Source: Pedosphaera sp.
GTDB taxonomy: Bacteria > Verrucomicrobiota > Verrucomicrobiia > Limisphaerales > SIBH01
Length of the DNA: 37,832 nt
Assembly: GCA_031414955.1 (NCBI GenBank)
Contig: JANOQV010000169.1
Location: 1 to 37,832 of the forward strand
Direction: 5' to 3'
Both the position numbers and the translations under genes were made by a program. Shown in pieces: positions 20,883 through 29,476 of the stretch (the stretch's first letter is position 1; each line of letters starts with the position of its first letter). The notes beneath the pieces are model-generated. The model was not told the origin of the DNA, did not search any database, and saw only the letters and a program-made list of their open reading frames with translations.

Positions 20883-21452
20883 ATGCTCCGCCCCTTGAGG
20901 ATCGTCATTGCCATCACGGGAGCCAGCGGCGTCATTTACACTCAGCGTTTGCTGGACTGCATCGACACGACTCAGCACGAGGTGCATCTCGTGCTGAGCA
21001 ACTACGCGCACACGGTCATTAAGGACGAACTGCCGGGCGGATTGCGCGTGCCGGCGGGTGTGCCGCAGCACGGGCTTAAGAGCATGAACGTGCCTTTTGT
21101 CAGCGGCAGCAATCCGTTCGACGCCATGATCGTCATTCCCTGCACCATGGGCACGATGGGCCGCATCGCCCACGGGGTGAGCGAGGACGTGTTGACTCGC
21201 GCGGCCGACGTGATGCTCAAGGAGAAGCGCCGGCTCATCCTCGTGCCACGGGAGATGCCACTGAGCCTGATCCATGTGAAAAACATGGAGCTGTTGCTAC
21301 TGGCCGGCGCGACGCTGCTGCCGGCCAACCCGTTCTTCTACACCAATCCCAAGACTATCGAGGAAGTCGTGGATACGGTGGTGGCCCGCGTGATCGACCA
21401 CATCGGCCTGCCGCAGAAGCTCGTGGCGCGGTGGCAGGAGGAGAACGAATAG
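20883..21452 (+). CDS. ubiX: Flavin prenyltransferase UbiX
   Basis: IAITGASG, SGS, IPCTMGT, RAADVMLKEKRRLILVPREMP. Confidence 0.93.
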   Translation: MLRPLRIVIAITGASGVIYTQRLLDCIDTTQHEVHLVLSNYAHTVIKDELPGGLRVPAGVPQHGLKSMNVPFVSGSNPFDAMIVIPCTMGTMGRIAHGVSEDVLTRAADVMLKEKRRLILVPREMPLSLIHVKNMELLLLAGATLLPANPFFYTNPKTIEEVVDTVVARVIDHIGLPQKLVARWQEENE

Positions 21453-21457
21453 CCTCG

Positions 21458-22417
21458 ATGATCTCCACCCTCCGCAACTGGGCCGAGTTCGTTAAGCTCT
21501 CCCACACCGTCTTCGCGATGCCCTTCGCCTTGGCGGCCATGGTCGTGGCGGCGCGGGAAAATCGCGGCTGGCCCGGTTGGCGCGTCTTCGGACTGATCCT
21601 GGCCGCCATGATCTGCGCCCGAACCTGCGCCATGGCCTTCAACCGGATTATGGATCGCGAGTTCGATGCGCTCAATCCGCGCACGGCGACGCGTCATTTG
21701 CCGACGGGCCGGATTTCGCTGGGGAGTGCCTGGGCACTTTGGGCGATCAGCGCGGCTGGTCTGATCACGGCGAGTTTCTTCCTGAACTCACTTTGCTTTT
21801 ATCTCTCGCCGGTCGCGCTGGTGGTGGTGTGCTTTTACTCTTTCACCAAACGCTTCACCGATTACACGCACGTCTTCCTCGGCGTGGCGCTGGCGCTGGC
21901 CCCGATCGGCGCGTGGCTGGCCGTGCGCGGGGAGTTTGGTTTCATGCCGCCGAGCGGTGGACCCGTGGGCGCGGCCGGCGACGTGGCCAAAGCATGGTTG
22001 TCCCACTTCAGCGTGGGGTTGACGCCCATCGTGCTCGCGCTGGTAGTGGTGTTCTGGCTGATCGGCTTCGATATCATTTATGCGCTCCAGGATTATGAGT
22101 TCGACCGGTCGCACGGGCTGCACTCGCTCGTGGTGGCGTGGGGGCCGAGGAACGCTCTGCGCGCGGCCTTCCTCTCGCACATGATCATGTGCGGACTGCT
22201 GCTCGCTTTCGGCCTGCTCTCGCGGTTCAAGGTCGCGTTCATCATCGGCTGGATTCTGATCGTCTTTTGTCTGGTGCTGGAACATTGGATCGCCCAGCGG
22301 CGCGGTTTGAACTGGGTGCAGAACGCCTTTTTCCGTCTGAACGCCGTGGTCAGCCTGGCCTTCCTGGCGGTGACGGTCGCGGAGGTGGTGTTCCAGGGCG
22401 GCTTCAGGTTGAAGTGA
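21458..22417 (+). CDS. ubiA: UbiA-family aromatic polyprenyltransferase (MqnP-like)
   Basis: HTVFAMPFA, AMAFNRIMDREFDALNPRT, YSFTKRFT, GFDIIYALQD; multiple TM helices. Confidence 0.88.
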   Translation: MISTLRNWAEFVKLSHTVFAMPFALAAMVVAARENRGWPGWRVFGLILAAMICARTCAMAFNRIMDREFDALNPRTATRHLPTGRISLGSAWALWAISAAGLITASFFLNSLCFYLSPVALVVVCFYSFTKRFTDYTHVFLGVALALAPIGAWLAVRGEFGFMPPSGGPVGAAGDVAKAWLSHFSVGLTPIVLALVVVFWLIGFDIIYALQDYEFDRSHGLHSLVVAWGPRNALRAAFLSHMIMCGLLLAFGLLSRFKVAFIIGWILIVFCLVLEHWIAQRRGLNWVQNAFFRLNAVVSLAFLAVTVAEVVFQGGFRLK

Positions 22418-22530
22418 GCGCAACGCGACACAACGCTTTCGGTCGCCTTGTTTCCTTTGTGCATAAGCCGGGAAAAGCCGGTGAGTAATTTTTCCTGCGG
22501 TACCCGGTCGCCTGGTGCTACAAACCGCGC

Positions 22531-23406
22531 GTGCCGATTCAGTTGAATCTCGATTGTGAACCGTTGACGCCCCCTCGCGCCGTTCCGCCCAGCGTTGGAG
22601 CCACCCAGCTCAACCTCATCCATGGTGATTGCCTGGAGCGGATGCGTGGCCTGCCGGGTGAATCCATCGACGTGGTCGTCACTTCGCCGCCCTACAATCT
22701 CGGCATCAAGTACGGCAAATACGACGACACGAGCGAGCGGACCGATTACCTGCGCTGGACGGTCGAGTGGTGCCGCGAGGTGAAGCGGTTGCTGCGCGAG
22801 CACGGTTCGTTCTTCCTGAACGTCGGTGCTTCACCCAAAAATCCGATGTTCCCGCATGAGGTGGTGCTGGTCTTGCGCGACGAGTTCGTGCTCCAGAACA
22901 CGTTTCACTGGATCAAGTCGATCACGATCCAGACGCGCGCGGGCGAGAGCATCTCGGCCGGGCATTTCAAGCCCATCAACTCGCAGCGCTTCGTCACCGA
23001 CTGCCACGAGTATGTGTTTCATCTGACCAAGACCGGCAACGTGCCGCTGGAGCGTCTCGCGGTCGGGGTGGAATACGCGGACAAGAGCAACATCGCGCGC
23101 TGGGGCCACACCGGCGGGCGGGACAAACGCTGCCGGGGCAACAACTGGTTCGTGCCCTACGAGACCATCATGAGCCGGGACAAGGACCGGCCGCATCCCG
23201 CGACGTTCCCGGTGCGATTGGCGGAGATGTGTATCCAGATTCACGGGCGCAATGCCGAACTCAGCGTGCTCGATCCGTTCCTGGGTATTGGCAATGCCGC
23301 GATGGCGGCGCACGCTTGTGGCGTGAAGCAGTTCACCGGCATTGAGATTGATGAACAGTATTTGGGGGTGGCGAAGGATCGCGTGGGCGCGCTGCCTGTA
23401 GCTTGA
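22531..23406 (+). CDS. Orphan beta-class amino-DNA methyltransferase (SPPY; likely m4C)
   Basis: VVTSPPYN precedes HPATFP and VLDPFLGIG; GIEID. Confidence 0.92.
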   Translation: MPIQLNLDCEPLTPPRAVPPSVGATQLNLIHGDCLERMRGLPGESIDVVVTSPPYNLGIKYGKYDDTSERTDYLRWTVEWCREVKRLLREHGSFFLNVGASPKNPMFPHEVVLVLRDEFVLQNTFHWIKSITIQTRAGESISAGHFKPINSQRFVTDCHEYVFHLTKTGNVPLERLAVGVEYADKSNIARWGHTGGRDKRCRGNNWFVPYETIMSRDKDRPHPATFPVRLAEMCIQIHGRNAELSVLDPFLGIGNAAMAAHACGVKQFTGIEIDEQYLGVAKDRVGALPVA

Positions 23407-23408
23407 GT

Positions 23409-23476
23409 GGAGCACCGAGCATTGCTCGGCACGAACGCGGTTGTTCCTGTTCAGGCCGAGCAAGGCCCGGCGCTCC
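23409..23476. repeat. GGAG-type REP doublet between convergent genes
   Basis: ggagcaccgagcattgctcggc vs gccgagcaaggcccggcgctcc, 19/22 complementary. Confidence 0.7.
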
Positions 23477-23478
23477 GG

Positions 23479-24123
23479 TCACGGCGATGAGTATTGAACG
23501 AGCCAGTAGAAGGTCAGCCGCTCCATGGAAAGATTCCCGCTTCGGCCATCGAGCGCGGACCGAATTTCTCCGTCAGTCGGGAAATTCTTCAACACCTCGG
23601 TAGTCGTTCCAGCGTCGAGCTTGCGCGACTGCCAGGTATTTTCATCAGCATCGCGCCGGAAGATCGGCGTGCTGCTGCCCTCCACGTAATTGTTGTCAAT
23701 GAACACAATGATGCTGCCCGGCTTGAGTCTGTGATGCAGCGCGTTCAGGAATCGGGCAAGCTCTGCGCGAGTTAGGTGCGACCACCAGAAGACCGCGAGC
23801 GCGGCATCGAATTCGCCTTCGACGGTTTGCAGATCAAACGCATCGCCACGGTGGAAGACTACGTTGCCACGAGGCATCGGCTTCGCCCTGGCGATGGCCA
23901 GCACTTCTTCGTTGACGTCCGTGGCCGTCACCGCCTGCGCGGTGCGGGCGATGATCTGAGTCCACCAACCCGTCCCGCACGCCACTTCGAGGACGCGGCG
24001 TCTCGTAAAGATCGCCGCCACGGATTCGCGCAGGGTGCGCAAATCGTCCTGCCGTTCTGGCTTGTCGTAGATGCGTTCGTATTCCGGGGCGCGCTTCGCG
24101 TAGTAATCTGCGAGCGCGTTCAT
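23479..24123 (-). CDS. Class I SAM-dependent methyltransferase
   Basis: YYAKRAPEY, VLEVACGTGWWT, FWWSH. Confidence 0.9.
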   Translation of the reverse strand: MNALADYYAKRAPEYERIYDKPERQDDLRTLRESVAAIFTRRRVLEVACGTGWWTQIIARTAQAVTATDVNEEVLAIARAKPMPRGNVVFHRGDAFDLQTVEGEFDAALAVFWWSHLTRAELARFLNALHHRLKPGSIIVFIDNNYVEGSSTPIFRRDADENTWQSRKLDAGTTTEVLKNFPTDGEIRSALDGRSGNLSMERLTFYWLVQYSSP

Positions 24124-24124
24124 T

Positions 24125-25063
24125 TCAACCCACAGCCTGCGGGCCTTGTCCGCCGGCGACGAGGAAAAGGACTGCCATGCGCACGGCGAGGCCGTTCGTG
24201 ACTTGCTCCAGAATTACCGAGCGCGGGCAGTCGGCGATCTCGCTGTTGATCTCGACGCCGCGGTTGATCGGGCCGGGGTGCATGATGAGCACGTCCGGCT
24301 TGGTCCGGGCAAAGCGTTCCTGGTTCAGCCCAAACAGCTTGGTGTATTCGCCGAGGCTCGGGAACATGGTCGCGCGCTGACGCTCGTGCTGGATGCGAAG
24401 CAGGTTGATCACGTCGGCGGACTCGATGGCTTCGTCCACGTTGTAAGTCACCCGACAGCCCATGCGCTCGAATACTTTTGGGACGAGCGTGCTCGGACCG
24501 CACAGCGTCACTTTTGCGCCGAGTTTGGTCAGGGCCCAGATGTTCGAGCGCGCCACGCGGCTGTAGAGAATGTCGCCGAGGATGGTGACGTTCAGCCCGG
24601 CCACGCCCCCCTTCTTCTCGCGGATGGTGAAGGTGTCCAGCAGCGCCTGGGTGGGATGCTCGTGGGCACCATCGCCGGCGTTCACGATGTGGGAGTTCAC
24701 CACGCGCGAAAGGAAATGCGGCGCGCCACTCGCGCTGTGGCGCATGACGATGATGTCGGCATTGAGCGCCTCAAGGTTGCGGGCGGTGTCCTTGAGCGTC
24801 TCGCCTTTCTTGAGCGAGGAAGCCTCGGCGGTGAAATTAATCACATCGGCGCTCAGGCGCAGGGCGGCGAGTTCAAAACTGATGCGGGTGCGGGTGGATG
24901 GCTCGATGAAGAGATTGATGATCGTCTTGCCGCGCAAGGCCGGGGTTTTCTTGATGGCACGTTCGCCCACGGCTTTGAAGGCCCGCGCCGTGTCGAGCAC
25001 GGTGATGATCTCGTCCGCCGAGAGGGACTCGATGTCGAGAAGGTGTGAGCGTTGCCAGGTCAT
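24125..25063 (-). CDS. pyrB: Aspartate carbamoyltransferase catalytic subunit
   Basis: [43 protein letters not shown]. Confidence 0.98.
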   Translation of the reverse strand: MTWQRSHLLDIESLSADEIITVLDTARAFKAVGERAIKKTPALRGKTIINLFIEPSTRTRISFELAALRLSADVINFTAEASSLKKGETLKDTARNLEALNADIIVMRHSASGAPHFLSRVVNSHIVNAGDGAHEHPTQALLDTFTIREKKGGVAGLNVTILGDILYSRVARSNIWALTKLGAKVTLCGPSTLVPKVFERMGCRVTYNVDEAIESADVINLLRIQHERQRATMFPSLGEYTKLFGLNQERFARTKPDVLIMHPGPINRGVEINSEIADCPRSVILEQVTNGLAVRMAVLFLVAGGQGPQAVG

Positions 25064-25593
25064 AGCTTTTCCAACGTCACAATGTCCTGTCCGCCGGTCT
25101 CCTTGAGCTGAACGTTGACGCGCTCCCGGAGCGAGGTGGGCACGTTCTTGCCGACGAAATCCGCCTTGATGGGAAGCTCGCGATGGCCGCGATCGATGAG
25201 CACGGCTAGTTGCACGCGCTGCGGGCGGCCGAAGTCGTTCAGCGAATCCAATGCGGCGCGCGTGGTGCGCCCGCTGAAGAGCACATCGTCCACCAGGACG
25301 ACCGTCTTGCCCGTGATGTCGAAGGGAATCTGCGTGGGATGAACGTCCGGCGCGAGCCGGTGGCCAAAGTCGTCGCGGTGCATGCTGACATCGAGGGTGC
25401 CCACGGGAACGGGCTGGCCGAGAATGGTCTTCAATAATTCGGCCAGACGATGAGCGAGGAAAACGCCGCCGCGCTGGATGCCAACCAGGACGAGGTCGCG
25501 GGCGGTATCATTGCGCTCGACTATTTCATGAGCCATGCGCTGCAAGGCCCGCTCCAGGGCGCTGGTAGTGAGGATGGCGGCGGATTCAGGCAT
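25060..25593 (-). CDS. pyrR: Pyrimidine regulatory protein PyrR / uracil phosphoribosyltransferase
   Basis: [39 protein letters not shown]. Confidence 0.97.
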   Translation of the reverse strand: MPESAAILTTSALERALQRMAHEIVERNDTARDLVLVGIQRGGVFLAHRLAELLKTILGQPVPVGTLDVSMHRDDFGHRLAPDVHPTQIPFDITGKTVVLVDDVLFSGRTTRAALDSLNDFGRPQRVQLAVLIDRGHRELPIKADFVGKNVPTSLRERVNVQLKETGGQDIVTLEKL

Positions 25594-25686
25594 AAAAAAA
25601 CGAACCGGCCCGGGCTGGTTCGTCCGCTGGAGTCTGTGTTTTGGTTTGCATCATTCCTTCGCAGCCTCGCAGGACCGCGTTAAAGG
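25594..25686 (-). promoter_or_regulatory. PyrR-binding attenuator leader (binding loop plus terminator)
   Basis: Minus strand CCTTTAA-CGCGGTCCTGCGAGGCTGCG-AAGG matches the PyrR loop pattern (CUUUAA..GUCC.GnGAGGCU..AAGG); followed by hairpin CGAACCAGCCCGGGCCGGTTCG + T7. Confidence 0.85.
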
Positions 25687-25707
25687 ACAAGGGATGTTCG
25701 TGATGTC

Positions 25708-25911
25708 CTAGTGTCGGGCCTTTCGCCACTTGGCCCGGTGTTTGATGATCCAATCGGTTAACGCCCGCTCGAAACCGATGTCGTAGCCGGCCTTCTCGGA
25801 TTCAATCCACTTGTGGCGGAGGATCTCTTCCCGCTCCGCCTGGAACTCCCGGTAAAGGGAAGAGTTCTTGAGAAGGTCAGCGGCCCCGGCTTCTTGAGAG
25901 CTGTTCGACAT
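25708..25911 (-). CDS. Small DUF4032-like protein
   Basis: EILRHKWIESEKAGYDIGFERALTDW motif; upstream TTGTCT-N16-TACACT promoter-like sequence. Confidence 0.75.
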   Translation of the reverse strand: MSNSSQEAGAADLLKNSSLYREFQAEREEILRHKWIESEKAGYDIGFERALTDWIIKHRAKWRKARH

Positions 25912-26010
25912 ACAAAGTCAACGGACGTCCAAGTGTATCATCGGGGAGCAGGGAGACAATCTTTTTGCTGGTGTCCGCACAGTAGGACAAAGCCGGAACG
26001 TCTTGCAGGC

Positions 26011-27054
26011 TCACTTGGCGAACTGCGTGCGCACTCGCATGGCCACATCCATGAAGGCGCGGCCCGGTGCGGAGTCGGGGCTGGTCACAACAATGGGCTG
26101 GCCAGCGTCGCCACCTTCGCGAATCTGGATGTAGATGGGAATCTCGCCGAGGAAGGGCGCGTTCTGGCGCACAGCCTCAGCCTTGCCGCCGCCGTGGCCG
26201 AAGAGCTCGATCCGGTCTCCCGTGGGCGTCGTGTAATAACTCATGTTCTCCACCAGGCCGAGGATGGGCACGTTGACCTTGTTGAACATGCCGATGCCTT
26301 TGCGCACCACGCCGAGCGAAGCTTCCTGCGGCGTAGTGATGATGACACCGCCGTCGAGCGGGACGGTCTGGCAGAGGGAAAGTTGCGCGTCGCCGGTGCC
26401 GGGTGGTAGATCGACGAGTAGATAATCGAGTTCGCCCCACTCCACCGAGTGGACGAACTGCGTGATGGTTTTCTGAATCATCGGCCCGCGCCAGATGACG
26501 GGCTGATCGCTGTCGAGCAGGAAGCCCATGCTCATGAGCTTCACGCCGTAATTCTGCGGTGGCACGAGCTTCTCGTCCGCGCTGATGGTGGGGCGCTGCT
26601 TGATGCCCATCATCAGCGGAATGCTCGGGCCGTAGATGTCGCAATCGAGCAGGCCGACGCGTTCGCCGAGTTGCTGGAGCGCGCAGGCGAGGTTCACCGA
26701 GCAGGTGGATTTGCCCACGCCACCCTTGCCGCTGGCGATGGCGACGATGCGTTTGATGTTCGGAAGTTTGTTCGGCTGCGCCATGCCGCCGGGCTGCGAA
26801 CCCACGGGCGCGGCGGGCTGATTGACCTGCACCGAAACCATTTCCACGCCCGCGAGTCCGCGCAGCACGGCCTCCGCATCGGCTTTGATTTTCGCCGCCG
26901 CCTCACTGTTCGGTGCCGTCAGTTGAATCGTGACACTGACCGCGCCGTTGTTGGCCGCGATGTGCTTGACGATCCCGAACGAAACGATGTCGCGCGAGTA
27001 GCCGGGGTATTTGACGGCCTTGAGGGCCTCGAGAATGGATTGGTCGTTGAGCAT
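26011..27054 (-). CDS. mrp: Mrp/NBP35 (ApbC) P-loop ATPase, Fe-S carrier family, lacking the CxxC motif
   Basis: ASGKGGVGKST, DIYGPS, VIWRGPM, DLPPGTGD, ENMS; N-terminal DUF59-like domain. Confidence 0.93.
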   Translation of the reverse strand: MLNDQSILEALKAVKYPGYSRDIVSFGIVKHIAANNGAVSVTIQLTAPNSEAAAKIKADAEAVLRGLAGVEMVSVQVNQPAAPVGSQPGGMAQPNKLPNIKRIVAIASGKGGVGKSTCSVNLACALQQLGERVGLLDCDIYGPSIPLMMGIKQRPTISADEKLVPPQNYGVKLMSMGFLLDSDQPVIWRGPMIQKTITQFVHSVEWGELDYLLVDLPPGTGDAQLSLCQTVPLDGGVIITTPQEASLGVVRKGIGMFNKVNVPILGLVENMSYYTTPTGDRIELFGHGGGKAEAVRQNAPFLGEIPIYIQIREGGDAGQPIVVTSPDSAPGRAFMDVAMRVRTQFAK

Positions 27055-27060
27055 GGTTGT

Positions 27061-27681
27061 TTAAGGCGCGGGAATGGTGCGGAGGTAATCAGAGGCCGCA
27101 AAAATGAAATCGTTGAAAATCAGATTGTCCGCTTGCAGTCCCAGCCGGCGGCAAGTCGGCTCCAGATCGCGAAGGAAAGACTCGTAGTGCGACCAAATCG
27201 CCGCGTCCGACGGGATTACAATTTTTTTGTCGGCGCTCCGCAGCCAGTTCCTCACCAACTGGATGATCAAGCGCGGCTGGCGCTGGTGCGAACGGATGTC
27301 CTGCCCGGAGATGTCCGAGATAAATTTCTGATAGCGGTACGGCTCGCGGTCGAGAATCAGGCAGTTTTTTTGTCGCTGGCGCGGATTGCCGTAGCGTTTC
27401 GCGGCCAGAAAAATTCCAAGTTCGAGCGGCATGTTGAACCGGGGCAACGCCGTGGCCGGGTCCAGCGCCGTGTAGGAAATGTCGTGGATGCCGAGCCGGC
27501 ATTGTTCGACGATGGCGAACAGCTTCTCGATCCGCACCTGGCTGCCATCATCCGCCTCCAAGGCGCAGCGCGGCTCAAAGCCGCAATCCATGACGGCAAA
27601 AACCATCGCGTGGAACAAATCCCAGTGCGTGTGATCGAACGGGGCGTTGATGAAAACGCTGCGGCTGTAGTCGGAAGGCAT
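27061..27681 (-). CDS. Nucleoside-deoxyribosyltransferase/TIR-like fold hypothetical protein
   Basis: SVFINAPFD, RIEKLFAIVEQCRLGIHDIS, PRFNMPLELG pattern typical of NDT/TIR-like Rossmannoid domains. Confidence 0.7.
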   Translation of the reverse strand: MPSDYSRSVFINAPFDHTHWDLFHAMVFAVMDCGFEPRCALEADDGSQVRIEKLFAIVEQCRLGIHDISYTALDPATALPRFNMPLELGIFLAAKRYGNPRQRQKNCLILDREPYRYQKFISDISGQDIRSHQRQPRLIIQLVRNWLRSADKKIVIPSDAAIWSHYESFLRDLEPTCRRLGLQADNLIFNDFIFAASDYLRTIPAP

Positions 27682-27696
27682 CAGGAAGCGTGTGCG

Positions 27697-27852
27697 TCAG
27701 GCGGCGCGCGCCAGTTTTCGCTGCGCCTGTTCCGCCTCCAAACGCTCCTTGATGACTTCGCGAATGACCCGCCGCCATTTCGTCCGGTCAATCAGCCCCG
27801 GCCGGCGCGGCACGATGATCTCGCGGTAAGGCTTTTTCTTCGCCGTCTTCAT
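27697..27852 (-). CDS. 51-aa basic small protein (absent from the ORF track)
   Basis: MKTAKKKPYREIIVPRRPGLIDRTKWRRVIREVIKERLEAEQAQRKLARAA*; ends 15 nt before the next ATG; TTGACT 30-35 nt upstream. Confidence 0.6.
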   Translation of the reverse strand: MKTAKKKPYREIIVPRRPGLIDRTKWRRVIREVIKERLEAEQAQRKLARAA

Positions 27853-28013
27853 GGTGCTTGTATCGTTTCGCGGGCGCAGGGAGTCAAGGAATGGATGGCC
27901 GGTTCTCGTCCGGCAGAATTCTCACGCCGGTTGCAATTCCTTGGCGCGAGCGAGTTCAGCCCGCGCGCCGCGCACCGATTCCTCGGTCAGGCCGGGCGCA
28001 CCTTGCGAGTAAC

Positions 28014-28189
28014 GCTGTGGCGTCAGGCGTCCTCGCCGGACGTAAAGGGCTGGCGTCCCGCCGCCCGGAATGGGCGGCGAACTTCACGGACGCGCGAGGA
28101 AAACTCCAACGCCCTTTGCTGCACCCACGCTGATTCCGCCGGGCGGGACGCCACGACTCTACGGCAGGCAGGATGCCTTCCGCCACAGC
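28014..28189. repeat. Long REP-like inverted repeat (GTGG/GTAG type)
   Basis: Arms 28014-28071 and 28133-28189 are degenerate reverse complements (gctgtggcg...cgccacagc; tggcgtcccgcc / ggcgggacgcca). Confidence 0.75.
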
Positions 28190-28420
28190 CACGGAAATGC
28201 GCGTGCCCCGCACGCGCAAGCTGCCGCCCAGATGTTCAAGACCAGCCACAATCCTATTTCTTCATGGCTTGAGGGGGCTTCGCCCCGCGATTCAGGTCAA
28301 TGCGCCGGCTTGTCTTTGGCGTCTCGTCCGCGACGAAATCGTGAGTGTAGGTGATGGACAAAAATGGAAAACTTTGCTTTGTTTGAATCGTTTTGAATCA
28401 AAATCGAAATCAAAAACCGT

Positions 28421-28720
28421 ATGTCTGATCATTTGCACAAACGAATGCTCCTGGAACGACCGTTCACGAAAGATGGCGATGTCGTTGAGGTCTCCGTTGA
28501 GGTCGATTGCGACACCCAGGCCAATGTTCTCCTGATGGACGATTCCGACTACTCCAATTACAAAGCGGGACGGTCGTACCACTACTACGGGGGTTTCTTC
28601 ACTCATTTCCCGGCGCGTTTGACGCCGCCCCATTCAGGCTACTGGAATGTCGTTCTCGACTTGGGTGGCGGCCGGGCAACGGTACGCCATTCCATGCGCG
28701 TCGTGAGTCACGCCACGTAG
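28421..28720 (+). CDS. DUF1883-like small beta-sandwich protein
   Basis: GDVVEV..QANVLLMDD..Y.YYGG..PARL..PHSGYWNVVLDLGGG pattern recognised by eye. Confidence 0.8.
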   Translation: MSDHLHKRMLLERPFTKDGDVVEVSVEVDCDTQANVLLMDDSDYSNYKAGRSYHYYGGFFTHFPARLTPPHSGYWNVVLDLGGGRATVRHSMRVVSHAT

Positions 28721-28731
28721 GCTCCAAGTCA

Positions 28732-29367
28732 ATGAGCCAACAAGGACTGCGCGACGAATTCCTCGGCACGCTTACGCACATCGAGAGCGTCCTGACGAAA
28801 GTCACCCAGAACAGCGGACCGCGCGGATTCCTTTCCGCACCTGACCTCCATAAACTTTCAGAGGGACTTTTCCTGTCCGCATGGACTCACTGGGAACAGT
28901 TCACGCATTACCTGCTCGTCGAGGATCTCGCCACAAGCACGACTTCAAAACTTCATCGTGGGGTTCGACAATTTCGCACCACAGGTGCGTCGTGGCGGCT
29001 CGCCAATCAACTGCTCAGTCATCCAGACCATCCGCAGAAGTTTGTCGAGTGGTCGGATTACGCGTCGGTTCTGTCGCGCGCGAACGAATTCCTGGGCGCA
29101 GGCAACCGCTTCGCGGCCACACCGCTTCCACGTCGGGGCGATCTTGAATTGCTCAAGCGGGTTCGCAATGCCATCGCCCACCGAAGCGATAGAGCGTGGG
29201 AAAGTTTTCTCAGTCTCTGCCGTGCCAAGCCCTTTGAGATACCGCCCGCCAGAATGAAAGGCATCACCCCGGGTCGCTTCTTGGTCGCGAACACTTGGAA
29301 CGGACAACCTGTATTGCGCGATGCCATTTCAATGCTCGACGGCGCAGCGCGTCACCTTGTTCCGTGA
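28732..29367 (+). CDS. HEPN-domain protein (putative RNase)
   Basis: Predicted all-helical; upstream WEQF glutamate and Rx4H motif RNAIAH; starts 11 nt after the DUF1883 stop. Confidence 0.75.
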   Translation: MSQQGLRDEFLGTLTHIESVLTKVTQNSGPRGFLSAPDLHKLSEGLFLSAWTHWEQFTHYLLVEDLATSTTSKLHRGVRQFRTTGASWRLANQLLSHPDHPQKFVEWSDYASVLSRANEFLGAGNRFAATPLPRRGDLELLKRVRNAIAHRSDRAWESFLSLCRAKPFEIPPARMKGITPGRFLVANTWNGQPVLRDAISMLDGAARHLVP

Positions 29368-29476
29368 ACCAAGCAGTGGGCAGGCGTGCTCATCAGATGG
29401 ATTGACTGGCCACGATACCACGAGCAGGCTTCGTTCATCAGCTCACTGAAACGCGAAAAACTGAACCATTGAATGC

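Noticed and set aside
22531..24123. Two adjacent methyltransferases as a restriction-modification system
   Set aside because: They are convergent, the second is a small-molecule class I type, and no nuclease is present
28507..28731. N-terminal extension of the HEPN ORF in the ORF track (likewise the extended starts at 10838, 15817, 18304, 19479, 20826, 34230)
   Set aside because: Extensions overlap upstream genes or repeats; downstream ATGs fit domain boundaries and signal peptides better
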